Under the pieces are notes generated by a model. That model did no database searches. It worked only from the letters and a program-made list of their open reading frames with translations, and was not told the origin of the DNA. Positions 46,122 to 55,478 of a stretch of 64,000 nucleotides of DNA are shown here, piece after piece; the first letter of the stretch is position 1; each line of letters opens with the position of its first letter. Source of the stretch: a virus; IMG/VR virus record IMGVR_UViG_3300032053_000060, positions 3,842 through 67,841 of that record; one strand, given 5' to 3'. The position numbers were made by a program, and so were the translations under genes.

Positions 46122-49100
46122 ATGTATTCATCTGTTTATTTATCAAGACGAACGTCTAAGATTCATTACTGGGAATATAATGAAAAGGGTAAGAAGTGTT
46201 ATAAAAGTTGCCCTGCCCCGATGTATTTTTATATGAAAAGTGAAGACGGCGAATATACGTCTATTTATGGTGATAAATTAAAAAAAGTAGAATTTGATTC
46301 GTATGAAAAATATAAAAGTTCTAAGGAAATGTTTAAAACTTCAGGTCATGAATTATTTGAATCTGATGTTTCTATAGAAAATAGGTTTATATTAGATAAT
46401 TATTCTAAAGAAAAAGTTAATATCCCAAAATATGATATTTATTTTATCGATATTGAGGTGCATTCAGAAGAGGGATTTCCACTTCCAGAAAAAGCCGACC
46501 ATCCAATTACAATCATAACAATTTATAGTACTGCGCAAAATAAATATTTTATATTTTCTGAAAAATTATTCGATACTAAATTTTTACCAGAAAATGCTGA
46601 AGTCAATTTTTATAATGGAGATGAACAAAAATTACTAATAGGGTTTATAGAATTTATACGAAAATCTCATCCAGACGTACTTAGCGGCTGGAATTGTATG
46701 CCATTTGATATTCCATACATTATTAATCGTGGATATAAATTGCTAGGAGAAGAAATAACCAATTCTTTGTCTCCTATTAAACAAATTAGAAAAGAAACCC
46801 GAAAAACCCGTTGGGGATTACCTTACGAAATTTATAAAATAATGGGTATTAATATTATCGATTATTTAGAATTGTATCGAAAATATGAAGCAGGCGAGCG
46901 TGAATCATATAAATTAGATTTTATTGCAGAACTAGAATTAGAAAAGGGAAAAATTAAATATGAAGGTTCGTTAAAAGAATTGTATCACAATGACTGGCAA
47001 AAATATTGCGAATACAATTTCGTTGACGTACAATTACTTGTGGAGTTAGATAGAGTTAAACAATTTTTTAATATTTTATTTACAGTTTGTTGTAATTGTA
47101 GAGTCCCATTTGAACAATACGATAAAACAGTTAGAGTTTTAGACGGAGCATTTATAAGTAAATTGGGAAAAAATAAAATTATTTTGCCTGACGCGAAGGA
47201 AGTTGATGAAACTGCTGAAAAATTTGAAGGTGCATTCGTATTCGATACTATTAGTGGTGCATATGATTGGGTGGTATCCTTTGATGCCACATCACTATAT
47301 CCAAGTGTTATGTTATTACATAATATTTCTCCAGAAACTAAAGTTTTAGTTATTAATCCTATATCAGTTTCTAAAGTGTGTGATATATTAGACGGAAAAG
47401 AATCATCTGAACAAGAACAAAATTCTATGGCATATGAAGATAAATCAGTAAAAGATATGGCGGAATTCATACTTAAAAATAATTATTCGATATCTTCAAA
47501 TGGCGTAGTATATAGACATGATAAACAAGGTGTTGTATCGTCATTTATTGCTGAATGGTTTGAAAAACGTCAATATCATAAAAAATTAATGAAAAAAGCT
47601 AAAGAAGCGGGAAATCACGACGAAATGGTTAAACAAGATGGGTTACAATATAATTATAAAATTTTGTTGAATTCTACGTATGGTTATGTTGGTACTAGAT
47701 ATAGTAGAATGTTCGATTTACATAATGCAGAGGCTGTTACTAAAACTGGTCAAGAATGTATTAAAAAATCTATGGATTCTGTAAATTATTTTTTCCAAAA
47801 TAAATGGGAAAATAGTAAAGTTGGAATGAAAGTAAATGCTAAAAATACTGGAAATTTAGTAATTTGTGGAGATACTGACAGTATAAGTCATGACTCTATC
47901 ATAACTTATGATAAAAATAAATATACAATACGAGATTTTTTTAATAAATTATACAAAGAACAATTTAATAATTATAAAATTGGTACAAATTATAGAGAAT
48001 TTATTTTTCCAGAAAATGTAAAATTACCATATTATGACGAAGAATTGAAAAAAATAAAACTTGGTAAAGTTCAATATGTTGAAAAACATATTACTAATAA
48101 AAAAATGTATAAAATAAAAACAAAATCTGGAAAATATATTAAAGTTACAGAAGATCATTCTGTTATGGTTTTAAAAGATGGAAAATTAATTCAAAAAAAA
48201 CCAACAGAATTAATTAAAACTGATAAAATAATCACAATAAAATTGCCAGATTATGAAATTGATGAAATTGAATCCATTGAATTAATTTCTGATGGTACTG
48301 AAGAACAAGAAGTATATGATATTGGTATGATAAATACTCCGCATACATTTTTTGCTAATGACATTTTAGTACATAATTCTTTATATTTAAATTGTGGTGA
48401 TATATTAAAATCGTTTAAATATCCACATGAAAATGATATTCCAAAATGTAAAGAATTTTTAGATAAAAAAGTTATTACTTTAATAAATTCTATAATTGAG
48501 CCAGCAATTGAACAATTAACCACAAAGAGATTAAATTCTCCAAAAAATACTATATTTTTCAAACGTGAAATGATCGCACGTAGAGCTATATTTTTGAAAA
48601 AGAAAAATTATGTTGCTTGGGTTATGAATATGGAAGGTGTAGATGTAAAAGATATTGAAAATCCAAAAGATTCATTAAAAGCTAAAGGTATCGAATTAAT
48701 AAAATCTACCTTTGGAAAAGATTTAAAAAATTTCATGAGAGATTATATTTTTGAATTATTACATCATTTAGATAATTCTAAATCTAACGATAAAATGAAA
48801 CAAATAAAATCCAAATTTAAAGAATTGAGTATAGAATCTATAGCTAAAATTGGTAATATAAAAGAATTTTATAAGTATTTAGATTCAAATCAGTTACCAA
48901 TCAAAGGTGCAACAAGTGCAGCTAAAGCCTCTGCTGGACATAACTTATTACTAAAACAGAAAAATTTACAATCAATATATCCTGAAATTCGTGAAGGTGA
49001 TAAAATAAAAATAGTATCTTTAAAAGATTGTCCATTTTATAAATTTGATGTTATAGCATTTAAAGATGTTTTGCCTAAAGAATTTAACTTGCATGAGTAC

Positions 49101-49220
49101 ATAGACTACGATATAATATACGAGAAGAATTTATTAACCCCATTAAAAAGGTTTTACGATGCTTTAAATTGGCAAATACCAAACTTTAACCAAGATGACA
49201 TATCAGACCTATTCAATTAA
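46122..49220 (+). CDS. gp43: Family B DNA polymerase (gp43) with mini-intein
   Basis: Exo DIEV, GWNCMPFDIPY, SYKLDFIA; pol FDATSLYPS, KILLNSTYG, CGDTD | S, KKKNY. Confidence 0.96.
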   Translation: MYSSVYLSRRTSKIHYWEYNEKGKKCYKSCPAPMYFYMKSEDGEYTSIYGDKLKKVEFDSYEKYKSSKEMFKTSGHELFESDVSIENRFILDNYSKEKVNIPKYDIYFIDIEVHSEEGFPLPEKADHPITIITIYSTAQNKYFIFSEKLFDTKFLPENAEVNFYNGDEQKLLIGFIEFIRKSHPDVLSGWNCMPFDIPYIINRGYKLLGEEITNSLSPIKQIRKETRKTRWGLPYEIYKIMGINIIDYLELYRKYEAGERESYKLDFIAELELEKGKIKYEGSLKELYHNDWQKYCEYNFVDVQLLVELDRVKQFFNILFTVCCNCRVPFEQYDKTVRVLDGAFISKLGKNKIILPDAKEVDETAEKFEGAFVFDTISGAYDWVVSFDATSLYPSVMLLHNISPETKVLVINPISVSKVCDILDGKESSEQEQNSMAYEDKSVKDMAEFILKNNYSISSNGVVYRHDKQGVVSSFIAEWFEKRQYHKKLMKKAKEAGNHDEMVKQDGLQYNYKILLNSTYGYVGTRYSRMFDLHNAEAVTKTGQECIKKSMDSVNYFFQNKWENSKVGMKVNAKNTGNLVICGDTDSISHDSIITYDKNKYTIRDFFNKLYKEQFNNYKIGTNYREFIFPENVKLPYYDEELKKIKLGKVQYVEKHITNKKMYKIKTKSGKYIKVTEDHSVMVLKDGKLIQKKPTELIKTDKIITIKLPDYEIDEIESIELISDGTEEQEVYDIGMINTPHTFFANDILVHNSLYLNCGDILKSFKYPHENDIPKCKEFLDKKVITLINSIIEPAIEQLTTKRLNSPKNTIFFKREMIARRAIFLKKKNYVAWVMNMEGVDVKDIENPKDSLKAKGIELIKSTFGKDLKNFMRDYIFELLHHLDNSKSNDKMKQIKSKFKELSIESIAKIGNIKEFYKYLDSNQLPIKGATSAAKASAGHNLLLKQKNLQSIYPEIREGDKIKIVSLKDCPFYKFDVIAFKDVLPKEFNLHEYIDYDIIYEKNLLTPLKRFYDALNWQIPNFNQDDISDLFN
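47880..48377 (+). mobile_element. Mini-intein (166 aa, no endonuclease) at the DTD/S motif-C site of PolB
   Basis: SISHDSII, VTEDHS, VYDIGM..HTFFANDILVHN | S. Confidence 0.93.
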
Positions 49221-49247
49221 AAATCACACCAAACAAAAGGACCACGC

Positions 49248-49484
49248 ATGGCAGATAAACTTAAAGATGTGTATAAAAATAATCCAGAAATCATCTCGTA
49301 CATAGCATTACGAGATGGAAAATTAATAATAGATATTAATGAAGATAAGACTACAACTACGGATATTATGTTGGTCTATTCTAATGTTTTGACTGAATAT
49401 ATCAAATCTTCAGCATCATTGTTAGAAGAAGTATCAAAAAATATTACACCAACCAATGAGGAAGACTCCGATGGCAAAAACTAA
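49248..49484 (+). CDS. Hypothetical protein
   Basis: 78 aa, AAAGGA RBS, overlaps the uvsX start. Confidence 0.65.
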   Translation: MADKLKDVYKNNPEIISYIALRDGKLIIDINEDKTTTTDIMLVYSNVLTEYIKSSASLLEEVSKNITPTNEEDSDGKN

Positions 49485-50622
49485 AGAGACAAAAATAAAG
49501 AAACTTGACGCTACAAATAAAGCTAGAGATTTTCTAAGTAAACATAAAATAAATGATTACACGACAATCTTAGATGATTCCCCATATTCAAAAACTTCAA
49601 ATTGGATAAGCTCTGGTAGTTATTCTTTAAATAGAGTTTTAAGTGGATCATATTTTAAAGGATTTGCAAGCAATAGATTATATGTGGTCGCTGGACCAAG
49701 TGGTGCTGGAAAAACGGTGGTAGCTGGAAACACTACCAGAAATGCTCAAGAAGATGATTATACTGTTGCATATTTCGATTCTGAAAATGCTATTGACAAA
49801 GAATCAATGAATCGTATGGGTGTAGATACTGATAGTTTAATTTATATTCCAATTAGAACTATTTCGGATTTAAAAAATCAAGCTATAGATTTAATTCGTA
49901 AATGGAGAGAAGAATATGGTCCAGATGCAAAGCTAATGATGATTTGCGATTCACTTGGCGGCATGGCGGGCACAAAAGAAATGAATGATATTGAAGAACA
50001 AAAGCATGCAAGTGATATGGGACAAAGAGCAAAAGAATTGCGCTCAACAGCTAGACTATTGACAATTGAATGTGGTCAATATAATGTACCAATGATTTGC
50101 ACAAATCATACATATGAGCAACCAGCAGCAAATCCTCAAGCTGCTCCTGTTACTAAAATGGTTGGCGGTGAAGGATTTATGTATGCTGCATCTGGAGTAA
50201 TTTATCTTAAAAAGCGTGCTGTTCGTGAGGCTGAAAAGAACGCAGCAGGAGACAATGTTAAAGTTAAAAAGGGTAATATTCTAATAGCAGTATCAGAAAA
50301 GAATAGATTCGTTCCAGAAGGCACTTCAGGAGAAATATACCTAGATTTTACAAGAGGATTGAGTCAATATTACGGATTATTGAATGATGCATTAGAATTT
50401 GGATACTTTGAAAAGAAAGGTCCAAGAATTGAGGTAAAACATTTAAATAAATCATTGTTTGAAACTCAAATTTATAATAAGGAAGTATTTGGTCCAATTT
50501 TAAATGAATTAAATGAAAAAGTTGAAGCAAAATATAAATTTTCAAATATGAAGGAAGACGATTTAGGATTAAAAGAAGAGCTAGGTGAAACTACAGAACC
50601 TCAAGATATAGATTCAAAATAA
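49471..50622 (+). CDS. uvsX: RecA-like recombinase UvsX
   Basis: SSGSYSLNRVLSG, GPSGAGKT, FDSENA, DSLG, DMGQRAK, TNHTY. Confidence 0.95.
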   Translation: MAKTKETKIKKLDATNKARDFLSKHKINDYTTILDDSPYSKTSNWISSGSYSLNRVLSGSYFKGFASNRLYVVAGPSGAGKTVVAGNTTRNAQEDDYTVAYFDSENAIDKESMNRMGVDTDSLIYIPIRTISDLKNQAIDLIRKWREEYGPDAKLMMICDSLGGMAGTKEMNDIEEQKHASDMGQRAKELRSTARLLTIECGQYNVPMICTNHTYEQPAANPQAAPVTKMVGGEGFMYAASGVIYLKKRAVREAEKNAAGDNVKVKKGNILIAVSEKNRFVPEGTSGEIYLDFTRGLSQYYGLLNDALEFGYFEKKGPRIEVKHLNKSLFETQIYNKEVFGPILNELNEKVEAKYKFSNMKEDDLGLKEELGETTEPQDIDSK

Positions 50623-50641
50623 CCAAATATTCCATCCCTCC

Positions 50642-50667
50642 CTCCACACTTTATTACAAGTGTGGAG
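50642..50667. other. Perfect 10-bp hairpin between uvsX and gp41 (processing/attenuation signal)
   Basis: ctccacactt-tattac-aagtgtggag; no U-tract follows. Confidence 0.5.
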
Positions 50668-50689
50668 TTATAGAACTGGTGAAAACCAC

Positions 50690-52102
50690 ATGAACATTAA
50701 GCCTGAAAAAATCGAATATTATATCGTAAAAATGATGCTGGAATCTGATTTGTTTATTAGGACATATGCTAATAAAATGGCTCCAGAAATGTTTTCAAAT
50801 GACTTAAAAACCATCATAATTGGTATTTTAGCATTTTATAAAAAGACTAATAAAACAGTTAAGGTGAATATTTTAGAAGATTTAATTATTCCAAAAATTT
50901 GCAAAGATAAAGATTATGAGGTAGAGATTGCAAAAGAACAATTACAAAAAGTTCTAGCATTAGATTCTGATTCTAATGATTTATTTACAAGTTTAAAAGA
51001 AGATATTGAAAATTTTATAAAAACTCGAAAATTTATATTAGCTTGGGCGAAAGCTTCTCCATTATTAGACGAACAAAAACATGATGAAGCCAGGACTATA
51101 ATTGAAGATGCGTTTAAAGTTACATTTGATGAGTCTATGGGATTAGATTACTGGGAGGATTTAGAAAAGCGTTCTGCTCGTTCTAATGATATTAAAGAAA
51201 CAATGGCAACATCTTTACCAACTCTTGATAAATATATTGGTGGAGGGTATAGACGAAAAGCATTGTTTGTATTTGCTGGACCTCCAAACGTGGGTAAGTC
51301 ACTAGTGTTAAATGATGCTGCATCATCATTATCTTTAAACGGATTTAATGTTTTATATTTATCTTTAGAACTTTCAGAAGATTACATATCACAACGAACT
51401 GATGCTAAAATTGGTAATTGTTCTATGAATTCGATAAATTTAAGTCCTGAAGATGCTATTAAAACGGTTATTGCAAAAAGAAATATATTAAAGAAAAATA
51501 ATAAAAAGATAGGAAAATTAATCTATAAAGATTATTCTCCAAATTCAATTTCTTGTAACGACATAAAATGTTTTATTAAGAATTGGGAATTAAAAAACGA
51601 CTTAAAATTTGATTTTATCGTTGTCGATTATTTAAAATTAATAAAAGCAAATGGTAAAGTCTATGGGGATAATTTATATAATAAGTTGGGTACAGTGTGT
51701 GAAGAATTAAGAGATATTGCAAGAACATTTAACGTTTGTGTAATTTCCGCATCACAAACTGATAGACAATCAATGAATTCCGATAGTATTAAAATGAGTA
51801 ATATATCTGACTCTATAGCTATCGTACAGACTGCTGATGTATTGGTTACACTAGCTAGAGATGAAACGTTAAATGCTCAAAATTTAATGCTGGTTTCTGT
51901 TGTAAAATCTAGATTTAGTAAAAATAACTCTCAATTTACTGCAAGAATTGATTACGATTACATGCGATTAATAGATATGGGTGATGGTACAAGCGTTGAT
52001 AAAAATAAACATAGTACACCGTCTAATACGCAGTCTAATACCAATCGCGCTCAACCAGATGATTTTGACGATGAGCCTAAAGATGATTTAAAATTATTCT
52101 AA
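50690..52102 (+). CDS. gp41: Replicative DnaB-like helicase (gp41)
   Basis: GLDYWED, GPPNVGKS, YLSLELSE, VVDYL, SASQTDR, KSRF. Confidence 0.93.
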   Translation: MNIKPEKIEYYIVKMMLESDLFIRTYANKMAPEMFSNDLKTIIIGILAFYKKTNKTVKVNILEDLIIPKICKDKDYEVEIAKEQLQKVLALDSDSNDLFTSLKEDIENFIKTRKFILAWAKASPLLDEQKHDEARTIIEDAFKVTFDESMGLDYWEDLEKRSARSNDIKETMATSLPTLDKYIGGGYRRKALFVFAGPPNVGKSLVLNDAASSLSLNGFNVLYLSLELSEDYISQRTDAKIGNCSMNSINLSPEDAIKTVIAKRNILKKNNKKIGKLIYKDYSPNSISCNDIKCFIKNWELKNDLKFDFIVVDYLKLIKANGKVYGDNLYNKLGTVCEELRDIARTFNVCVISASQTDRQSMNSDSIKMSNISDSIAIVQTADVLVTLARDETLNAQNLMLVSVVKSRFSKNNSQFTARIDYDYMRLIDMGDGTSVDKNKHSTPSNTQSNTNRAQPDDFDDEPKDDLKLF

Positions 52103-52111
52103 TAAATGTAT

Positions 52112-52140
52112 TTGACTTGTGTGGCAATACTGTATATAAT
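52112..52140 (+). promoter_or_regulatory. sigma70-like promoter TTGACT-N17-TATAAT
   Basis: Read directly; upstream of the gp33/59/32 block. Confidence 0.7.
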
Positions 52141-52212
52141 ATACATATATCAAATTACTACAAAGTTAATTAATCTATGAAATAAACATAATTAATTTGA
52201 TAAAAGGTTCAT

Positions 52213-52482
52213 ATGTCCAGCAAACAAAATCCATCAGGTAAAGAAATGACTTACGAGGCTATAGGAAAAAAATTAAATATTTCTCCTCAACAGGTCCATA
52301 AAATTGAAAAAGAAGCAAGTAACAAAGTAATCCGTAGAATAATGGAAGTGCATCAACTTGATATTTTTGATGCTATTGTAAAATATTCTAAATTATTTGG
52401 TATTGAAATGGACCAATGTTATAAAAAATTAGATAGCGGAAATTTAGAATTATTAGACATTTATATAACGGAAAATCATTAA
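52213..52482 (+). CDS. Sigma70 region-4-like HTH fused to a gp33-like late coactivator domain
   Basis: MTYEAIGKKLNISPQQVHKIEKEASNKV (sigma 4.2 pattern) then DIFDAIVKYSKLFGIEMD (gp33-like); T4 order 33-59-32. Confidence 0.6.
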   Translation: MSSKQNPSGKEMTYEAIGKKLNISPQQVHKIEKEASNKVIRRIMEVHQLDIFDAIVKYSKLFGIEMDQCYKKLDSGNLELLDIYITENH

Positions 52483-52483
52483 A

Positions 52484-53113
52484 ATGACAGGTTATGAATT
52501 ATATTCTTTTTATAGACAATTAGTGGGTTGGAAAGCAACTACATTGGATAATTATTTAGAAAGTAAAGAATTTAATTTTTATGAATCTTTAAAAGATTTT
52601 TTTGTTAAGATAAAAAAATTAAACGATGACGATATATACGATTATATTAAATTAATTTACAATAAGAAATTAAATACATTTTCTCCATATGAATTAATGG
52701 ATAATGATATATACGAATTATTTGAAAATTGGAAAAAAACTAAATCAACAAAATCGTTATACCATGAAGAAGTTGTAAAAAGTTTTTTATTTATTCGTAA
52801 TTTTTGTATAAATAAGTCTGTATCATTTGAAAATTATAAAATAAAATACGCAATAAAGCATATAAGAGAAGAAAAAATTGATTTTTGTGTTGCGGCATAT
52901 TTAAAATTAATAGATAAAAGGAAATTAAAAAAGATCGAAAAAATTATCTTGCAAAAATATTTATCGCAGTATAATATATTAATGCAACGTATAGACAATA
53001 ATCCAGAATTGAATACTTTACTAAAAAGTTCATTTGAAGATATGTCTATAATTCTAAAAGAAATTTCTCTCTTAGAATTAAATAAACCAAGTACATCAAG
53101 TACGCAAAAGTAA
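52484..53113 (+). CDS. Putative helicase loader (gp59-like)
   Basis: MTGYELYSFY N-terminus, ~210 aa, position immediately before gp32. Confidence 0.55.
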   Translation: MTGYELYSFYRQLVGWKATTLDNYLESKEFNFYESLKDFFVKIKKLNDDDIYDYIKLIYNKKLNTFSPYELMDNDIYELFENWKKTKSTKSLYHEEVVKSFLFIRNFCINKSVSFENYKIKYAIKHIREEKIDFCVAAYLKLIDKRKLKKIEKIILQKYLSQYNILMQRIDNNPELNTLLKSSFEDMSIILKEISLLELNKPSTSSTQK

Positions 53114-53123
53114 GGAGTATATC

Positions 53124-54092
53124 ATGTCAAAATTTAAACCAGTAACCAACTTTCAAAAGTTAAAGGAAACTTTAGCTGAGGAAAAAATAAAGCCAAAGGC
53201 TAATAGTTACAATAATCCTGTAATTTTTAAACCTACACTTATTGAAGGTCAAACAGAACCAACAGAATTCAGAATTCGTTTTTTACCAATGGAAGAGTCG
53301 TCAACTGGTAAACCTTGGATGCAGCTAAATTATCACATGTTTGAACGTTCTGGTGATGGTAAATTTATTAAAGTTATAGATCCGAGAACATTTGATAAAA
53401 ACGCAGCAAATCCTATAGCAGATTTAGCATATAAATTATGGAAGTCTGAAAATCCATATGATAAAGAACGCGCCAAAAAGTTATTCAAAAAGCAAAGGTT
53501 TTTTTTCTTAGTATACGTTAAAGAAGCTCCAGCTAATCAGCAAGAATTTGTCGGTAAAGTGTTAATTTTCGAAGGTGGTCAAAAAATTTACGAAAAACTT
53601 GAAAACTCTATCAAACATGGTAAATGTTTTTGGGATCCGTATAAGGGACAAGATTTCCTCTTGAGCATTAAAAAGCGTGACAAATGGCCAGATTATTCTG
53701 GATCTGAGTGGATTGGCGATTCCGGTCCAATAGTAGATGATGAAAAGTTAATGGATAAAGTTTGTGATGATTTAAGCAAGTTAAACATTAAACAGCAGAT
53801 AATAGACAAAGAAGGCGTTAAATCTGGCGCTGAATTATCAGAATTGCTTAATGGTGGAAGCAACAGCACTCCCGTAGCAAAAGACAAATCTGAGCCTACA
53901 AAAGATTTGATTCAGGAAGTTAAGCGTGAGAAATCAGTATCTAACGTTGTTCCTGATTTTGGAACTGATAGCGTCGCCACTCCAACTAAAAAGGTTGAAC
54001 CTACCGCTTCTAAAAAGGCAACGCCAGTTGCAGCATCGACAGAAGAGGACTTCAACATTGATGATTTGGACTTAGGCACAGACATCGAATAA
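53124..54092 (+). CDS. gp32: Single-stranded DNA-binding protein (gp32)
   Basis: IRFLP..PW, GKVLIFEGGQKIYEKL, FWDPYKGQDF, WPDYSGS, acidic tail. Confidence 0.9.
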   Translation: MSKFKPVTNFQKLKETLAEEKIKPKANSYNNPVIFKPTLIEGQTEPTEFRIRFLPMEESSTGKPWMQLNYHMFERSGDGKFIKVIDPRTFDKNAANPIADLAYKLWKSENPYDKERAKKLFKKQRFFFLVYVKEAPANQQEFVGKVLIFEGGQKIYEKLENSIKHGKCFWDPYKGQDFLLSIKKRDKWPDYSGSEWIGDSGPIVDDEKLMDKVCDDLSKLNIKQQIIDKEGVKSGAELSELLNGGSNSTPVAKDKSEPTKDLIQEVKREKSVSNVVPDFGTDSVATPTKKVEPTASKKATPVAASTEEDFNIDDLDLGTDIE

Positions 54093-54106
54093 TAAAAATA
54101 TAATTG

Positions 54107-54134
54107 TTGAAATGGCGAATCCCCGTGGTATAAT
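54107..54134 (+). promoter_or_regulatory. sigma70-like promoter TTGAAA-N16-TATAAT overlapping a terminator
   Basis: The -10 box lies essentially in the loop of the gp32 terminator hairpin. Confidence 0.55.
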
Positions 54135-54157
54135 TGTAAACCACGGGGATTTTTTTA
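54118..54157 (+). terminator. Intrinsic terminator after gp32
   Basis: aatccccgtggt / accacggggatt stem followed by a T-run. Confidence 0.85.
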
Positions 54158-54169
54158 TAAAGGAATAAT

Positions 54170-55477
54170 ATGGAAAAAACTATTGACTATAAAGAATTAT
54201 ATAATTTTTGGAATGGCGCTGTTATTGTTAGGGAAATAAAAAAATATTTAGATCCGAGAGGTATGGTAGGAGAGATTTTTAGAATAGATTCCGATATAAA
54301 TCATGATGCTACCATGTGTTACATTAGTGAAACTGAACCATTTGTATTGCGAGGACCTCATGAACATCACGACCAAAGCGACGTTTTTATAACGTGGGGT
54401 GATGATAATAGAATGATATATCAGTTGTATAATAAGAAAACAAATGAAATGAAGTATTTTATAACAGAACCTAATAAAATATATTCGGTCACGGTACGTC
54501 CAGGAATAGTTCACAGTTATAGAAACGTCTCAACAAATAAAATAAAAACATTAAATTTTCCTGATAAATTGTATAAGGGATTTAATAAAAAGGAAATAAT
54601 TGATGAAATTAGACATGAGGATATAGTCATACCAACTCGTAATATTTGGGTTTTTGGAGCTAATGGTAGGTTAGGATCAGAGCTAACTAAGCAATTATTT
54701 GATAATATGGGATATCATACTTATAATGTTATACCAATACTTGATAAATTTAGTAATGATAAAGATGGAATGACACAATTATCAATAGTATTAAAAAATG
54801 TTTTAGAAAATAAAAAACCTGATGATATTATAATAAATTGCATGGCTAAAACTAATGTTCAAGAAATAGAATCAAATTTTACTTTTGTAAATTTTCATTT
54901 GCCAAAATATTTAACTGAATTTTGTGTAAAAAATAAAATATATTTAATCAATTTTTCAACAGATTATGTATTTCAAACAGGCGAATTGAGTAATTATACT
55001 AAATCCAAAATGTTGTATGAAAATTGGTTAAGTAATATAGCTGATGATGATGGCGTATTACAAGGCTATCGTTTAGCTGATATAAAAAAATATATAAAAG
55101 TTATTAGAACTGCGAATTTATTTTCATTAAAAAATACAGATACTCATAATATTATAAATAAAATATTAGCAAAAAAAGAAGAACGTAAAATAACTATACC
55201 TTATGGGTTATTAATAATGCCGACATCTGTAGAAAGTTTAAGTAAATTTTTAAATGAAAAATATATTACTAATTTAGACAAATATAATCAATATATAGGA
55301 ATATCTGGTAAAGCTTATACATTTCAAGAATTTAAAGACAATTTTTTAAATTGTGATATTACAGTAGTAGAATTTGAAAATAATAAAATGCAAAATAATT
55401 CAAATTTATTTTTAAATGGTGAATTTTATTATGAAATAAATTGTGATGCCGACATAACCAAAAAATGTGAAGGATAA
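54170..55477 (+). CDS. Fused RmlC-like cupin epimerase + RmlD-like SDR reductase (NDP-deoxysugar synthesis)
   Basis: DPRG..EIFR, VLRGPHEH, PGIVHSY (RmlC); GANGRLGSEL, FSTDYVF, YTKSK (RmlD). Confidence 0.85.
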   Translation: MEKTIDYKELYNFWNGAVIVREIKKYLDPRGMVGEIFRIDSDINHDATMCYISETEPFVLRGPHEHHDQSDVFITWGDDNRMIYQLYNKKTNEMKYFITEPNKIYSVTVRPGIVHSYRNVSTNKIKTLNFPDKLYKGFNKKEIIDEIRHEDIVIPTRNIWVFGANGRLGSELTKQLFDNMGYHTYNVIPILDKFSNDKDGMTQLSIVLKNVLENKKPDDIIINCMAKTNVQEIESNFTFVNFHLPKYLTEFCVKNKIYLINFSTDYVFQTGELSNYTKSKMLYENWLSNIADDDGVLQGYRLADIKKYIKVIRTANLFSLKNTDTHNIINKILAKKEERKITIPYGLLIMPTSVESLSKFLNEKYITNLDKYNQYIGISGKAYTFQEFKDNFLNCDITVVEFENNKMQNNSNLFLNGEFYYEINCDADITKKCEG

Positions 55478-55478
55478 T

